Below, piece after piece: positions 10,970 through 21,007 of a stretch of 64,000 nucleotides of DNA; the first letter of the stretch is position 1, and every line of letters starts with the position of its first letter. The position numbers and the translations under genes were made by a program. The notes below the pieces were generated by a model. That model saw only the letters and a list, made by a program, of their open reading frames with translations, was not told the origin of the DNA and did not search any database. The stretch is from NCBI GenBank assembly GCA_965228475.1, contig OZ245817.1:2784001-2848000 (forward strand), given 5' to 3'. The stretch is from Myxococcota bacterium (GTDB lineage Bacteria > Myxococcota_A > UBA9160 > JAFDDA01).

Positions 10970-12190
10970 CTAGCCGGTCTCGGGGCCCAGCCCCTCGGCC
11001 TCCACGATGCGGACCAGCTGACCCATCACGCGCAGGCCCGCCTCGAGACACTCGGGGCGCAGGAGATCCGGCGTGTCGAGGCGCGTGTGATACCAGCGCG
11101 GCGGGGCCGGATCCATGGCCACCAGCGCGATCGCGCGGAGACCCGCCTGGGTGAAGGCGGCGGCGTCGGTCGCGCCGACGGGGATCGTATGGAACGGCAG
11201 CGAGAGCCCGGCTTCCCGGGCCGCGCGCGCCAGCAGCTCGGCGGCGCCGCGGTCGTGCTGCACCGTACCGTTGCGGTCTCGGTCGTAGACGGCCATGTGC
11301 TCGAGGTCGCGGAAGGTGTCGAGGGCCACGTAGAGGCTCGGCGTCCCCTCGAGTTCGCGGCGGTGGCGCTCGGCGTAGGCCCGCGCCCCGCGCAGGCCGG
11401 CCTCCTCGGCTCCCGTGTTCAGGATCCGGATCTCCGTGTGTTCGAGGTCCGCGCCGGACTCCCGGAGCTGCTTCGCGAGAGCGATGCTCAGGAGGACGCC
11501 CGTCAGGTTGTCGTTCGCCCCGGGAGAGCAGCGCCGGAAGTTCGTGAAGCCCATCACGAGGACGAAGAACGGCGCGAAGAGCCACAGCGCGCTCCCGAGC
11601 CAGGCGGCAAGCTTCGAACCCGGTGCGGCCAGCGCGGCGACGCTCGCCGCCAGCGCGACGACGGCACCGACCAGGGCCCCGCCGACGATCGAGAGGAACG
11701 CCGCCCGGCCGAGGTAGTGCCAACGCCACTCCCAGGCGCTGTCGCAGTGCCCGCCGAACAGCAGGATCTGCTTCGTCGGGCCGCGCGGGCGGAGGCGAGC
11801 GATCAGGTTGTGGGAGGTGGCCCGGGGAAAGAACGCATCCACGACCGGCCGGTAGAGGACCAGCTCACCGACCAGGAGCCCGACCGCGCCGGCCACGGCC
11901 AGCAGCGCGGCGCCGGGTGCCCAGGACAGCAGAACGGCTGCCGCCACGAGCAGACCCCCGCTGATCGGGACGAAGCCCATGAACGCCTTCGGCGAGAGCG
12001 TGAAGGGCTCGAGGTCGACCTCGTCCGCCACGGGCTCGAGCAGGCCCGCCAGGTATCGCTGGGCCCGCAGCTCCTCCTCGCTCCCCGGCGGCCGCGGGCC
12101 GACCTCCCGGACGAGGGTCTCGATGTGCTGCCGGCAGAAGTCGACGTAGGTGCCGAGCCCGGCGCGGGGATTGGCTTCGGGGTGGCTCAT
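10970..12190 (-). CDS. M28 family metallopeptidase with internal transmembrane segments
   Basis: GPRPPGSEEE, GGHCDS, GANDNLTG, GAEEAGLRG, TDA, YHTRLD; start chosen at ATG 12190. Confidence 0.85.
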   Translation of the reverse strand: MSHPEANPRAGLGTYVDFCRQHIETLVREVGPRPPGSEEELRAQRYLAGLLEPVADEVDLEPFTLSPKAFMGFVPISGGLLVAAAVLLSWAPGAALLAVAGAVGLLVGELVLYRPVVDAFFPRATSHNLIARLRPRGPTKQILLFGGHCDSAWEWRWHYLGRAAFLSIVGGALVGAVVALAASVAALAAPGSKLAAWLGSALWLFAPFFVLVMGFTNFRRCSPGANDNLTGVLLSIALAKQLRESGADLEHTEIRILNTGAEEAGLRGARAYAERHRRELEGTPSLYVALDTFRDLEHMAVYDRDRNGTVQHDRGAAELLARAAREAGLSLPFHTIPVGATDAAAFTQAGLRAIALVAMDPAPPRWYHTRLDTPDLLRPECLEAGLRVMGQLVRIVEAEGLGPETG

Positions 12191-12282
12191 CGCCGCGCAT
12201 TGTGCGCCGCTTCTCGGAAACGCCCAAGGGCGATGTCGAGTTTTCGGAGCCACGCCCGGCCCGGTCGCGCCCACTCCCCTCC

Positions 12283-12849
12283 ATGCGGATCCTGCGCCCG
12301 CCCGCCTTCTCCCCCGCCCTCGCCGCGCTGGCCGCGCTCCTCTTCCTTCCCGCGCCGGCCTCCGCCGCGCGCTTCGAGGTGGACCTCGTCGTGACGTTCT
12401 CGGACCTCCTCCCGGCAGGCTCCGGACTCACCCTGACGTTCGACGTCGACCCGGACACCCCGGACAGCTCGACCGATCCGGCTTCCTCCCGGTTCTTCTC
12501 CCCGGGGACGGTCTCGGCGATCGGCACCGTCTTCCCGCTTCAGCAGATCCTCGTCCGCCAACGCCTCTGGCGGGCGCGCGTCGACGTGACGCCGGGAGGT
12601 TTCGACGAGATCGGGCTGAACCTCTCCCTCGACCTCGGCCCCGTCCTGACCGACATCGAGCAGCCCCTGCCGTTCGTGACCTCCCCGGTCCGCGGCCAGG
12701 CGGTCGCGAACGTCCAGTTCGGCGTGGACCTGTTCTTCGTGAACGCGGACGTGACGGCCCTGCGCTTCGTCCCGGAGCCGGGCCGTGCGGCCCTGCTGGC
12801 GGCAGCCCTCGGCCTCGTGCGGCGGGTCAGCCGCTCGCGGACTCGCTGA
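12283..12849 (+). CDS. Secreted protein with PEP-CTERM-like sorting tail
   Basis: Signal peptide ending ASA; C-terminus VPEPGRAALLAAALGLVRRVSRSRTR. Confidence 0.7.
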   Translation: MRILRPPAFSPALAALAALLFLPAPASAARFEVDLVVTFSDLLPAGSGLTLTFDVDPDTPDSSTDPASSRFFSPGTVSAIGTVFPLQQILVRQRLWRARVDVTPGGFDEIGLNLSLDLGPVLTDIEQPLPFVTSPVRGQAVANVQFGVDLFFVNADVTALRFVPEPGRAALLAAALGLVRRVSRSRTR

Positions 12850-13453
12850 CGGACGGGCGCCCGGCAACCCGCTCGAACCAGCCGTGCAGGTGCTCGAGCT
12901 CTCCGCCGGGCTCGAGGCCGACCATGGTGCCCGCGAAATCGATCCAGCAGAACGCGCTGATGTCCGCGACGGTGAAACGGTCTCCCGCGACGAACGCCCG
13001 CTCGCCGAGTTCCGCATCGAGCGTGCGATAGCACTCCCGTGCCCAGGCATCGCTTCGGGCCTTGGCCGCTTCGATCGGCTCGACGATCCCCATGCGCGCC
13101 ACGATCGGGCCGTTCACCCAGGACGTGCCGATCGCGATCGCCAGTTCGAGTTCGATCCGGCGATGGTGCATCTCGATCACCGCGGTCTCGTACGGGTCCT
13201 GCCCGAAAAGATTCGGCTCCGGTTCGTGGGCCTCGAGCAGGCGGCAGATCGCCACCGTCTCGGCGATGCAGCGGCCGTCTTCGAGCTCGAGCACCGGGAT
13301 CTTGCCGCTCGGGCTCTTGCTCAGGAACTCCGGCTTCTTGTGCTCGCGCCGGGCGAGATCCACCTTCACGAGCTCGAGGGCGATCCCCTTCTCGGCCGCG
13401 AAGATCTTCACCCGGCGCGGGTTCGGGGCGCCGGGGAAATCGTAGAGTTTCAT
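12827..13453 (-). CDS. Glutathione S-transferase family protein
   Basis: MKLYDFPGAPNPRRV, PSGKIPVLE, ETVAICRLLE, FVAGDRFTVADI; ATGA overlap with the upstream gene. Confidence 0.92.
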   Translation of the reverse strand: MKLYDFPGAPNPRRVKIFAAEKGIALELVKVDLARREHKKPEFLSKSPSGKIPVLELEDGRCIAETVAICRLLEAHEPEPNLFGQDPYETAVIEMHHRRIELELAIAIGTSWVNGPIVARMGIVEPIEAAKARSDAWARECYRTLDAELGERAFVAGDRFTVADISAFCWIDFAGTMVGLEPGGELEHLHGWFERVAGRPSVSESASG

Positions 13454-15009
13454 CGCGCCCGCTCCAGCCCGAAGCGCTTCATCACGTTGCGCGTGATCGC
13501 CTCCACGAAGGGGTCGCCGGCCGCGAGGCCGTGGGCCCACTCGGTCGTCCCGGCGTTGAAGACCTCGCCCTTCCCGCGCGCGAAGCTCGCCATCACCGCG
13601 TGGCCCCGCATGAGCCGCGCGAGCGACTCCGCGTCGTCCCGCCCGAACGCGCAGCGGGCGAGCACCTCGGGCTCCTCCGGCGGGATCAGCGGCGGGTGCG
13701 GGCTGCGCGCGTCCTCCGCCAGGGTCGCGGGCGTCAGGGCGATGATCTTCAGATTCTCGGGTACGCCGACACCGCCGTCGGGTGCCGGAAGGCCGTCCGG
13801 ACCGAAGCGGATCGGGCAGCCATCGTTCTCGTACCCGACGAGCGGAACGTCGCTCCCGACGACGTCGCCGTAGTAGAGATCCGTCCCCTCGAGCGCCCAG
13901 TGCCGGTCGTCGTAGATGGTGAACCCGGCGCTTCCGCGCGCGACGCACATCCCCAGCCGGTGGTAGCCGCCGTACAGGAAGGAAAGGCCCGTCATCTCGG
14001 CCTCCGGGCGCTCGAACGCCGGGTGGCTCCAGAGGTGGGTCGCGTCCTTGCGGGTGGCCGGGTCCGCGAAGAGCGGATCGTTCGTTTCGCCCCGCCACTT
14101 GTGGGCGACGAGCTTCGTCCCCTGCTCTTCCCAGCGAACCTTCCAGTAGCAGGTGTTCCCGGAGAAGATCGCGAGGTTCCCGCCGTCCGCGACGAAGCGC
14201 TCGACGCGATCCCGCCCCCGGGCCGACCAGTACTCGCTGTGGCCGACGAGGAAGACCGTCTCGTAGCCCGCGAGGACGTCGTCCTCGCTCTCGAGATCGT
14301 GATCGGTGAGAACGTCGAGCGCATGGCCTTCGGCCTCGCACCAGGCCAGGAAGGCGTGCTCCCACTTCCCGATGAAGCCGGCCGAGCCGTCGTAGGGCGA
14401 CGGCTGGTGCTCGGCCAGCCACGCGAGTTCCCCCGGATGGCCCATCGCGCCGACGGCTCGCCGCGCCAGGTTGATCAGCCGCGGCGCTCCCTCCGGCGGG
14501 AAGAGCAGGTTCTGCGTGTAGGGACGCAGGAGCGCGAGCTCGCCGATGGCCTGGGCCCGGGCCTCCTCGGGCGCCAGTTCGCCGGCCATGAGCCTCGTCA
14601 CGTCGGCGTAGGAGTTGGCGCCGCCCCAATAGTTGTAGGCCTGGTACGTGTTCGTGTTCAGGACGACGACGCCCTTGCCGCGAGACGCTTCCGCCGCCCG
14701 GACGCACACGAAGTGGTGGCTCGCCGCGCCGTCGGGTCCCGTCAGGACGAGGTCGTAGTAGCCGGTCTGCCAGTCCGCGCCGACCTCGAAGCGGAAGGCC
14801 TCGGGCCAGTCGCAGCCGTGGCGATCCGCGTCTGGCGGGGTCGGATGCGAGCCGACCGCCAGGTCCTCGAAGACCGCGACGACCTCGCGCTCGCGGCCGA
14901 CGCGCGCCACCTCGAGCCGACACGGCGAGGCCGGCGCGCTCGCGTGGAGACGCACCGTGTCGCCGGGCGCGGCACTCACTCGATCGGCGTAGAACCAGGG
15001 GGTCGTCAT
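13450..15009 (-). CDS. N,N-dimethylformamidase beta-subunit family protein
   Basis: NTYQAYNYWGG, VGHSEYWS, FSGNTCYWKVR, VGYENDG, VFNAGTTEW. Confidence 0.85.
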   Translation of the reverse strand: MTTPWFYADRVSAAPGDTVRLHASAPASPCRLEVARVGREREVVAVFEDLAVGSHPTPPDADRHGCDWPEAFRFEVGADWQTGYYDLVLTGPDGAASHHFVCVRAAEASRGKGVVVLNTNTYQAYNYWGGANSYADVTRLMAGELAPEEARAQAIGELALLRPYTQNLLFPPEGAPRLINLARRAVGAMGHPGELAWLAEHQPSPYDGSAGFIGKWEHAFLAWCEAEGHALDVLTDHDLESEDDVLAGYETVFLVGHSEYWSARGRDRVERFVADGGNLAIFSGNTCYWKVRWEEQGTKLVAHKWRGETNDPLFADPATRKDATHLWSHPAFERPEAEMTGLSFLYGGYHRLGMCVARGSAGFTIYDDRHWALEGTDLYYGDVVGSDVPLVGYENDGCPIRFGPDGLPAPDGGVGVPENLKIIALTPATLAEDARSPHPPLIPPEEPEVLARCAFGRDDAESLARLMRGHAVMASFARGKGEVFNAGTTEWAHGLAAGDPFVEAITRNVMKRFGLERAR

Positions 15010-15018
15010 GTTCGGAGA

Positions 15019-15426
15019 TCAGCGCTGGGGCCGGTTGCCTCGCACCTTCGGGGGCGCCGGGGTCACGTCGGGCGCCTCCTTCAGGGCATCCTGCCAGAGG
15101 CCGTGAGCCTGCCGACAGAGATCCACGGGCCCGCCGAAGTCGCCCTTGCCCCGCGTCTCCATCTTGTGGACGACGCTCAGCGCGTTGCCGCACCCGCGGC
15201 TGCACTTCATGGCCGAGGCGCGGACCGGCGTCGACCCCACCGTACGCTGCGCGAAGTCGGAGCACTCCTTCTGGAGTGCGACGATGGTTGCCCTGGCGGC
15301 AGCTCCCGCAGACAGTGACTGCCGGGTGTCTTCGGCCCACGACGGCACCGCGAAGACACCCAGGAACAGCCATGCCCCGAGAGCGCTCCAACGCCTCCGC
15401 GCTCCAGCCGCCGCATCGATTCTCAT
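15019..15426 (-). CDS. Hypothetical small secreted Cys-containing protein
   Basis: Signal-peptide-like N-terminus (WLFLGVFAVPSWA), 4 Cys, fills the gap between genes on the same strand. Confidence 0.45.
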   Translation of the reverse strand: MRIDAAAGARRRWSALGAWLFLGVFAVPSWAEDTRQSLSAGAAARATIVALQKECSDFAQRTVGSTPVRASAMKCSRGCGNALSVVHKMETRGKGDFGGPVDLCRQAHGLWQDALKEAPDVTPAPPKVRGNRPQR

Positions 15427-15487
15427 GAGCCGCCCCCTTCGCGCACGCCCGGGGGCGCGTTTCGACACGCCCGAGTTTCGAACATTT

Positions 15488-16684
15488 TCACTCTCCTGTC
15501 GGCCCTCGGCCCGCGGCGCTGGCCTGCACCGGCTCGGGCCACCACGGGCAGGCGTCACCTCGCCCGTCGCCGTCGCCGTCCTCCTGGCCCGGATCGTAGA
15601 GGAGCGGGCAGACGTCCTCCGCATCCGTGGCTCCGTCGCAGTCGAGATCCGGGGCGTGACAGCGCGGCACCTCGACCGTTGCCCAGACCGGGACGTGGTC
15701 CGAAAGGCCGCCGCAGACGTCGAAGCTGCAAACGCCCGGATCCCGCACGATCGCGCCCCGCGTGAAGACCAGATCGATGATCTGGTTGCCCGGGTCGCGG
15801 GTCGTCGTGCGTTCGGCGATGGGGAGCGCGAGGTGCGCATCCCGGAACCCCTCGGCTTCGTACGGAACGAAGGTCGCCGTCGGGAAGCCGGCCAGCAGGT
15901 TGAACAGGTACTCGAAAGTGTTGAAGTCGCCCCCGATGACGACGGGGTGTGCGACGTTGCGCGCGTCTTCGACGAGTTCCAGAGCCTGATCGACGCGTTT
16001 CTCGACGGAGCTGACGGTGGACTCGAGGTGCACCGAGTAGACGCGCAGCACGCCGCCCTCGATGCGCACGTCCGCCGCCACCGCGATGCGCCCGCCGAGG
16101 CGCGGTTCGTCGGGGTTCGGGAAGCCGGGGGGCGTGTACCAGACGTGCTGGCTGCGGTGCCGGATCCCGCGGACGTTCCCGACGGGCCAGCGGGAGAGGA
16201 TCGCGTTGCCGTGCTCGCAGAGCGGCGGGTCGTAGGGGCCCGCGAGACCGCGGTCGCCCGGCAACTCGACGAACTCCGTCGCGAAGACCGCGTTCATGCC
16301 GAGCGCTTCGGCGAAGTCCCGCGCGACGTTGCGGAAGTCCGTCCGCTCGCAGCCCCGGTCCACCTCCGAAAGGAGCAGGATGTCGGGCACGGGCACCGCC
16401 GGATCGTCGAGGATCCGTTCGAGCTGCTCCTCGATCCGGAAGCCGCGCTCGATGTTCCAGGCCATCACGACGGCTTCGTTCGCGAGAGGTGCCTCAGGGT
16501 CAGCGAAGTCCGCCCCTTCGACGCGGCAGTCGACGAAGACCGGGTCCTCGGCAGCGTCCGGCGCCGCCGCTTCGGCACAGAGCCGCTCGGCCCGGGGATC
16601 GGGCGTTCGCGCCTCAAAGGAGAACGGCTCGAAGCATCCCGAGAGAAACACTGCGAGGAGCGGCAGCCAGAACCGTAGCGACAT
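15488..16684 (-). CDS. Endonuclease/exonuclease/phosphatase family lipoprotein with C-terminal thrombospondin type-3-like repeat
   Basis: Lipobox LSGC; AWNI, LSEVD, HGNAILSRWP, SVHL, GGDFN, IDLVF, LSDHVPV; tail DCDGATDAEDVCP...DGDGDGRGDAC. Confidence 0.88.
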   Translation of the reverse strand: MSLRFWLPLLAVFLSGCFEPFSFEARTPDPRAERLCAEAAAPDAAEDPVFVDCRVEGADFADPEAPLANEAVVMAWNIERGFRIEEQLERILDDPAVPVPDILLLSEVDRGCERTDFRNVARDFAEALGMNAVFATEFVELPGDRGLAGPYDPPLCEHGNAILSRWPVGNVRGIRHRSQHVWYTPPGFPNPDEPRLGGRIAVAADVRIEGGVLRVYSVHLESTVSSVEKRVDQALELVEDARNVAHPVVIGGDFNTFEYLFNLLAGFPTATFVPYEAEGFRDAHLALPIAERTTTRDPGNQIIDLVFTRGAIVRDPGVCSFDVCGGLSDHVPVWATVEVPRCHAPDLDCDGATDAEDVCPLLYDPGQEDGDGDGRGDACPWWPEPVQASAAGRGPTGE

Positions 16685-16750
16685 GGCCCCAGTCTACTCA
16701 CAAACGGACCGAGGCCCCAGCGCGCCGCATCTTCTCGTCGTCGACGGCGG

Positions 16751-16780
16751 TTGACACCTTCGAACACGCAACGTTAGAAC
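16751..16780 (+). promoter_or_regulatory. Putative sigma-70 promoter
   Basis: TTGACA (16751-16756), 18-nt spacer, TAGAAC (16775-16780), about 40 nt upstream of the porin gene. Confidence 0.5.
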
Positions 16781-16818
16781 CACTCCTACGTCCGTCGGAT
16801 TCCCGACGGCAGGGGGTC

Positions 16819-18045
16819 ATGATGATTCGCAACACGATGGTGGCTCTCTTGCTGTGCGCGGTCGCGGGCCCGGCCCTCGCCGAGGACGCGGCGGAAGCAC
16901 CCGCGACGGTCTCGATGGAGTCCTACCTGGAACTCCTCGAGCGCCTCGATCGCCTCGAGTCCGAGCTGAAGGAGATCCGCGGGGAGCAGGAGAAGGCTGC
17001 GGCTGCACCCGCGCCGACCCCGCACGTCTCGGCTCCGGCTGACGTTGCCTCACGGCCCAAGGAACCTGGCCGCTTCTACTTCGAGGGCGGGCCGGTCATC
17101 CTCCAGAGCTTCGGCGACCAGGACACCGCCTTCGTGGCCGAGGACGTCGAGCTCTTTGGGATCGGCGGAGGGCTGCCCAACGCGGGCTTCGGGTTCGAGA
17201 CCTCGGACTCGCGCGACTTCAACGAAGACACCGAGGTCGCCGGGCGCTACGAGCTCGGATTCGTCCCCGACGAAGGCCTCGGTTGGGCCGCGCGGTACTT
17301 CCACTTCGACTCGTCGGACCGGGTGCGTCGCACGCACGACCCGGCGTGGACAGTCGGGCAGTTCGAAACGAACTTCTTCGACGACCCGGACATCGGGATC
17401 GACACGAACGTCGGTGACACCCTCGTCGCCCGCCGAGAACTCGACCTCGACCTGGTCGACGTCGAGGCCATGCTCGTGAATCGGACTTCCGGCGGAACGA
17501 ACTTCACCGTGACGGGCGGCGTCCGCTACCTCCGCGCCAACCAGAGCGGCCAGTGGCGCCTCATTCGGGGTGGCACCTTCTCCGAGATCGTCAACGTGCG
17601 GAACGACTACGAGGGCGCCGGCCCGCTGCTCGGCGCCTCGGTCCGGCACGCGCTGTTCGAGCGGGACCGCTTCTCACTCGACGTCTTCGGCCTGACCCGG
17701 GCCGGCTTCATCTTCGGCGACGGCGAACTCGAACTCGAGGACGACAACAGCCTCGGAGTACCGGGCTTCAACGACGTCCTCCGGAACGAGCGCAACAACG
17801 TCGTCTACACCGCCGAGGCCCAGCTCGGCTTCGAGGCCCGCTTCAGACCGCTCGAGCGCTCGAAGATCGAAGCCTACGCTCGCTTCCTCGCGGAGGGCCA
17901 GTTCTACGCCAACATCGGGTCCATCGGTTCGAGCGCCGGCGCGAGCGGTGACTCCGACGATGCGGACGTACTGAGAGACGCCGACCTCGGTTTCGTCGGC
18001 GGCACCATCATGTTCGGGATCCGAGCGCCCTTCGGCGGCGACTGA
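16819..18045 (+). CDS. Outer-membrane beta-barrel/porin-like protein (Lpg1974-like) with N-terminal coiled coil
   Basis: Signal peptide ALA, coiled coil LLERLDRLESELKEI, beta-strand pattern (GWAARYFHFD, GGVRYL, YEGAGPLLG). Confidence 0.7.
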   Translation: MMIRNTMVALLLCAVAGPALAEDAAEAPATVSMESYLELLERLDRLESELKEIRGEQEKAAAAPAPTPHVSAPADVASRPKEPGRFYFEGGPVILQSFGDQDTAFVAEDVELFGIGGGLPNAGFGFETSDSRDFNEDTEVAGRYELGFVPDEGLGWAARYFHFDSSDRVRRTHDPAWTVGQFETNFFDDPDIGIDTNVGDTLVARRELDLDLVDVEAMLVNRTSGGTNFTVTGGVRYLRANQSGQWRLIRGGTFSEIVNVRNDYEGAGPLLGASVRHALFERDRFSLDVFGLTRAGFIFGDGELELEDDNSLGVPGFNDVLRNERNNVVYTAEAQLGFEARFRPLERSKIEAYARFLAEGQFYANIGSIGSSAGASGDSDDADVLRDADLGFVGGTIMFGIRAPFGGD

Positions 18046-18097
18046 GCCCTTCCAGGCCGAGACAGCCCCGAGAGGAGAGAACGCCGTGCTGGCCCCG

Positions 18098-20182
18098 ATG
18101 GCAGAACGCGCGCGGCGCGGCCTCGCCCAGCCCGTCGACGGCGCTTCCCTCGCCGCGCTCCGGATCGGCTTCGGCCTGATCCTGACCTACCACATGGCCA
18201 GGCACTTCCAGGAGCGAGGCGGCCGGACCCTCATCGACTTCCTCTACGTCGAGCCGGCCTTCCACTTCCCCTACCCCGGCCTGGAATGGCTCACGGTCCT
18301 GCCGGAGCCCTGGATGACCGGGACGTTCGTGGTCGCCGGGCTCGGCGCAATCGGGATCGCGCTCGGACTCTTCTACCGCGCCGCGGCCGTCGCCTTCTTC
18401 CTCGCCTACACCTACATCTTCCTGGCCGACCAGGCCGAGTACAACAATCACTACTATCTGATCAGCCTCGTAGGTCTGCTCCTCAGCGTCGCGCCCGCGC
18501 ACCGCGTGTGCTCGATCGATGCGTGGCGGAGACCCGCGACGCCCGAGGTGCCCTTCTGGGCCGTCTTCCTGTTCCGCTACCAGCTCTTCTGCATGTACTT
18601 CTTCGCGGGCATCGCGAAGATCAACGCGGACTGGCTGACCGCCGTTCCCATGCACTCGCCGGCCGAAGCCCTCCGCGGGCACGTCGCCGCCTGGCTGCCC
18701 CTGCCCGATGCGGTCACGATCGAGCACTTCGCGCGGCTCCTCGCCTGGGGCGGGCTCGTCTTCGACCTCTCGATCGGCTTCCTGCTGCTCTTCCGGAGGA
18801 CTCGCTGGCTCGCCCTCCTCCTGCTGGCGGGCTTCCACGGTACGAACCACGTGCTCTTCCCGATCGGGATCTTCCCGGCCATGGCGTTCTGGATGACGTT
18901 GATCTTCCTCTCCCCGGACTGGCCCCGGCGATTCGCCCGCTGGATTCGGCGCCGGCCTCCGGAGTCGGCGGCCCCTCCCCGCGCCCCGGAGCGCGCAGCC
19001 GCCGCGCCGCTGGCGGGCGCGATGCTGACGTTCGTCGTCGGCTGGGTCGTCCTCCAGGCGACCGTTCCGCTCCGGCACTTCTTCATTCCCGGCGATGCGA
19101 ACTGGACGGAAGAGGGACAGGACTTCAGCTGGCGCATGATGCTCCGCATGAAGACGGCCGGGCACGTCCTCTTCTACGTCCGCGACCCCGGCCTCTTCCT
19201 CGACGAGAAGCCGACCCGAGCCGACTGGGAGCAGTGGCCTGCCGATGCGGCTCGGATGGTCCACGTCCCGACGGACGCGAGGCGCTTCGACTGGAGCACC
19301 CGCACCGGCCTGATGGTCCTCTACGAACCCCTCCACGGCTACCGGGTCGTGTGGAACCCGGGGCCCTCCGACGCCCCCGAGGCCAGCGTGCTCGCGACGT
19401 GGGAAGCGCGTTTCGGACGCCTGCCCGCGCTGCGCGAGACGACCCCGGTGCCCGATGCCTTGGAGCAGATCGCCGCAGCGATCCGCTCGGCACGCGAGAG
19501 CGATCCCGTGCTCGCGAAGGCCGACGCCCTGGCCGACCTCGGGCAACTCCACGCGCGCTGGCTCGCGCGCGGCGCGGCGCTGCCTGCGGAGCTCGCCGAA
19601 CTCTCCCGGGCGACCATCGACCTCCTCGAGCGGCTCCAGGTATCCCGGTACGGCGTCCAGGCGGAACCGTTCCTCGTTCGGCTCGCACCCTTCGCCCTGC
19701 AGTACGGAAGGCCGGCCCCTGCCGCGTTGCGCATCGTGGACGACCCGCAGCTCGACTTCGCGCAGCGCTCCCCCGGCCTCGAGGCCCTCTCGGGAGGCAA
19801 CCCGGCACTCGTCTGGATCGATTGGGACCAGCTCCCCAGCGCCGACTGGCGCGCCCTCCCCCAGATCCTGCTCGCCTTCGAAGAGGGCCGGCTGCGCGCC
19901 GTCTGGAATCACTTCCGCGAGCTCAACCACTTCCAGACGCGGCGCATGTCCGTGCGCCCGCACCTCATGAACACCTACGCGCGCCTGCACATCGCCGAGG
20001 AGTGGAAGCAGCGCTTCGGCCGCCGCCCCGAGGTCTATGCCTCGAGCCTGGTCATGCTGAACTACAAGCGGCCGCAGCGTCTCGTCGACCCGAGCGTGGA
20101 CCTCGCCAGCGCGGGCTACTCTACGCTCCGGCGCAACCCGTGGATCCTCCCCAAGAACCCGGGTGCCAACGCCGGGGACTAG
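18098..20182 (+). CDS. HTTM domain / vitamin K-dependent gamma-glutamyl carboxylase-like membrane protein
   Basis: VDGASLAALRIGFG, YNNHYYL, YFFAGIAKINADWL, IGIFP, WTEEGQDFSWRMMLR, LVDPSVDLA; alternative GTG start at 18086. Confidence 0.9.
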   Translation: MAERARRGLAQPVDGASLAALRIGFGLILTYHMARHFQERGGRTLIDFLYVEPAFHFPYPGLEWLTVLPEPWMTGTFVVAGLGAIGIALGLFYRAAAVAFFLAYTYIFLADQAEYNNHYYLISLVGLLLSVAPAHRVCSIDAWRRPATPEVPFWAVFLFRYQLFCMYFFAGIAKINADWLTAVPMHSPAEALRGHVAAWLPLPDAVTIEHFARLLAWGGLVFDLSIGFLLLFRRTRWLALLLLAGFHGTNHVLFPIGIFPAMAFWMTLIFLSPDWPRRFARWIRRRPPESAAPPRAPERAAAAPLAGAMLTFVVGWVVLQATVPLRHFFIPGDANWTEEGQDFSWRMMLRMKTAGHVLFYVRDPGLFLDEKPTRADWEQWPADAARMVHVPTDARRFDWSTRTGLMVLYEPLHGYRVVWNPGPSDAPEASVLATWEARFGRLPALRETTPVPDALEQIAAAIRSARESDPVLAKADALADLGQLHARWLARGAALPAELAELSRATIDLLERLQVSRYGVQAEPFLVRLAPFALQYGRPAPAALRIVDDPQLDFAQRSPGLEALSGGNPALVWIDWDQLPSADWRALPQILLAFEEGRLRAVWNHFRELNHFQTRRMSVRPHLMNTYARLHIAEEWKQRFGRRPEVYASSLVMLNYKRPQRLVDPSVDLASAGYSTLRRNPWILPKNPGANAGD

Positions 20183-20183
20183 C

Positions 20184-20963
20184 ATGCCGTCGCTCCAGCC
20201 GAATCCGTTCCGCGCCACCCGCTACGTCGCGCTCGGCGACAGCCAGACCGAAGGTCTGTGGGACTACCACGCCGACGGCCGGCTCCGCGGCTGGGCCGAC
20301 CGCTTCGCCGAGCGGCTCGCGGAGGCGAACCCGGGCCTGCGCTACGCGAACCTCGCCGTGCGCGGTCGCCGCACCCGGGAGATCCGCGACGAGCAGCTCG
20401 AGGCCGCCCTCGCCCTCGCCCCCGACCTCGCGACCGTCGTCTCCGGGGTGAACGACGTCCTCCGCCCGGGCGCCGACGTCGAAGAGGTCGCCGCCGACCT
20501 CGAAGGCATGTGGGCGGCGCTCACGAGCGCCGGTTGTCGGGTGATGGGCTGCACGTTCCCCCTGCCGACCACGGGACTGACCCGGCGGCTGGCGCCGCGC
20601 CTCGAGGCCCTGAACGTCGCCCTGCGCAAGGCCGCCGAGCGCCAGCGCGTGCTGCTCGTCGAGGTGGAGGACATTCCCTCGGCCGCGGACCTCCGTCTGT
20701 GGAGCGCCGACCGCATCCACCTGAACCCCGACGGTCACCGACTGCTCGCCGCCGCCTTCGAGGGGACGCTGCGAGGGGCGGAGGAAGGCAGCTGGCGGGA
20801 GCCCCTCCCGCCGGCACCCCCTGCTTCCCGGGCGCGGGCCGCGGCGTCCGAAGCGCTCTGGCTCGCCCGCTTCGTGGTCCCGAAGGTGGCCCGCATGGTC
20901 CGGGGGCGATCCTCCGGGGATGGCCGCACCGCGAAGCGGCCCGCGCTCGAACCGATCGCCTGA
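20184..20963 (+). CDS. SGNH/GDSL hydrolase
   Basis: ALGDSQTEG, NLAVRG, GVND, DRIHLNPDGH. Confidence 0.92.
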   Translation: MPSLQPNPFRATRYVALGDSQTEGLWDYHADGRLRGWADRFAERLAEANPGLRYANLAVRGRRTREIRDEQLEAALALAPDLATVVSGVNDVLRPGADVEEVAADLEGMWAALTSAGCRVMGCTFPLPTTGLTRRLAPRLEALNVALRKAAERQRVLLVEVEDIPSAADLRLWSADRIHLNPDGHRLLAAAFEGTLRGAEEGSWREPLPPAPPASRARAAASEALWLARFVVPKVARMVRGRSSGDGRTAKRPALEPIA

Positions 20964-21007
20964 ACGGTCGAACTTGCCGCGCCTCCATCGCCGGCCACAC
21001 TGCCAGG

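Noticed and set aside
15019..15426. Small ORF upstream of the DMFase-like gene as the DMFase alpha subunit or a cytochrome
   Set aside because: It has a signal-peptide-like N-terminus while the beta-like protein looks cytoplasmic, and there is no CxxCH motif
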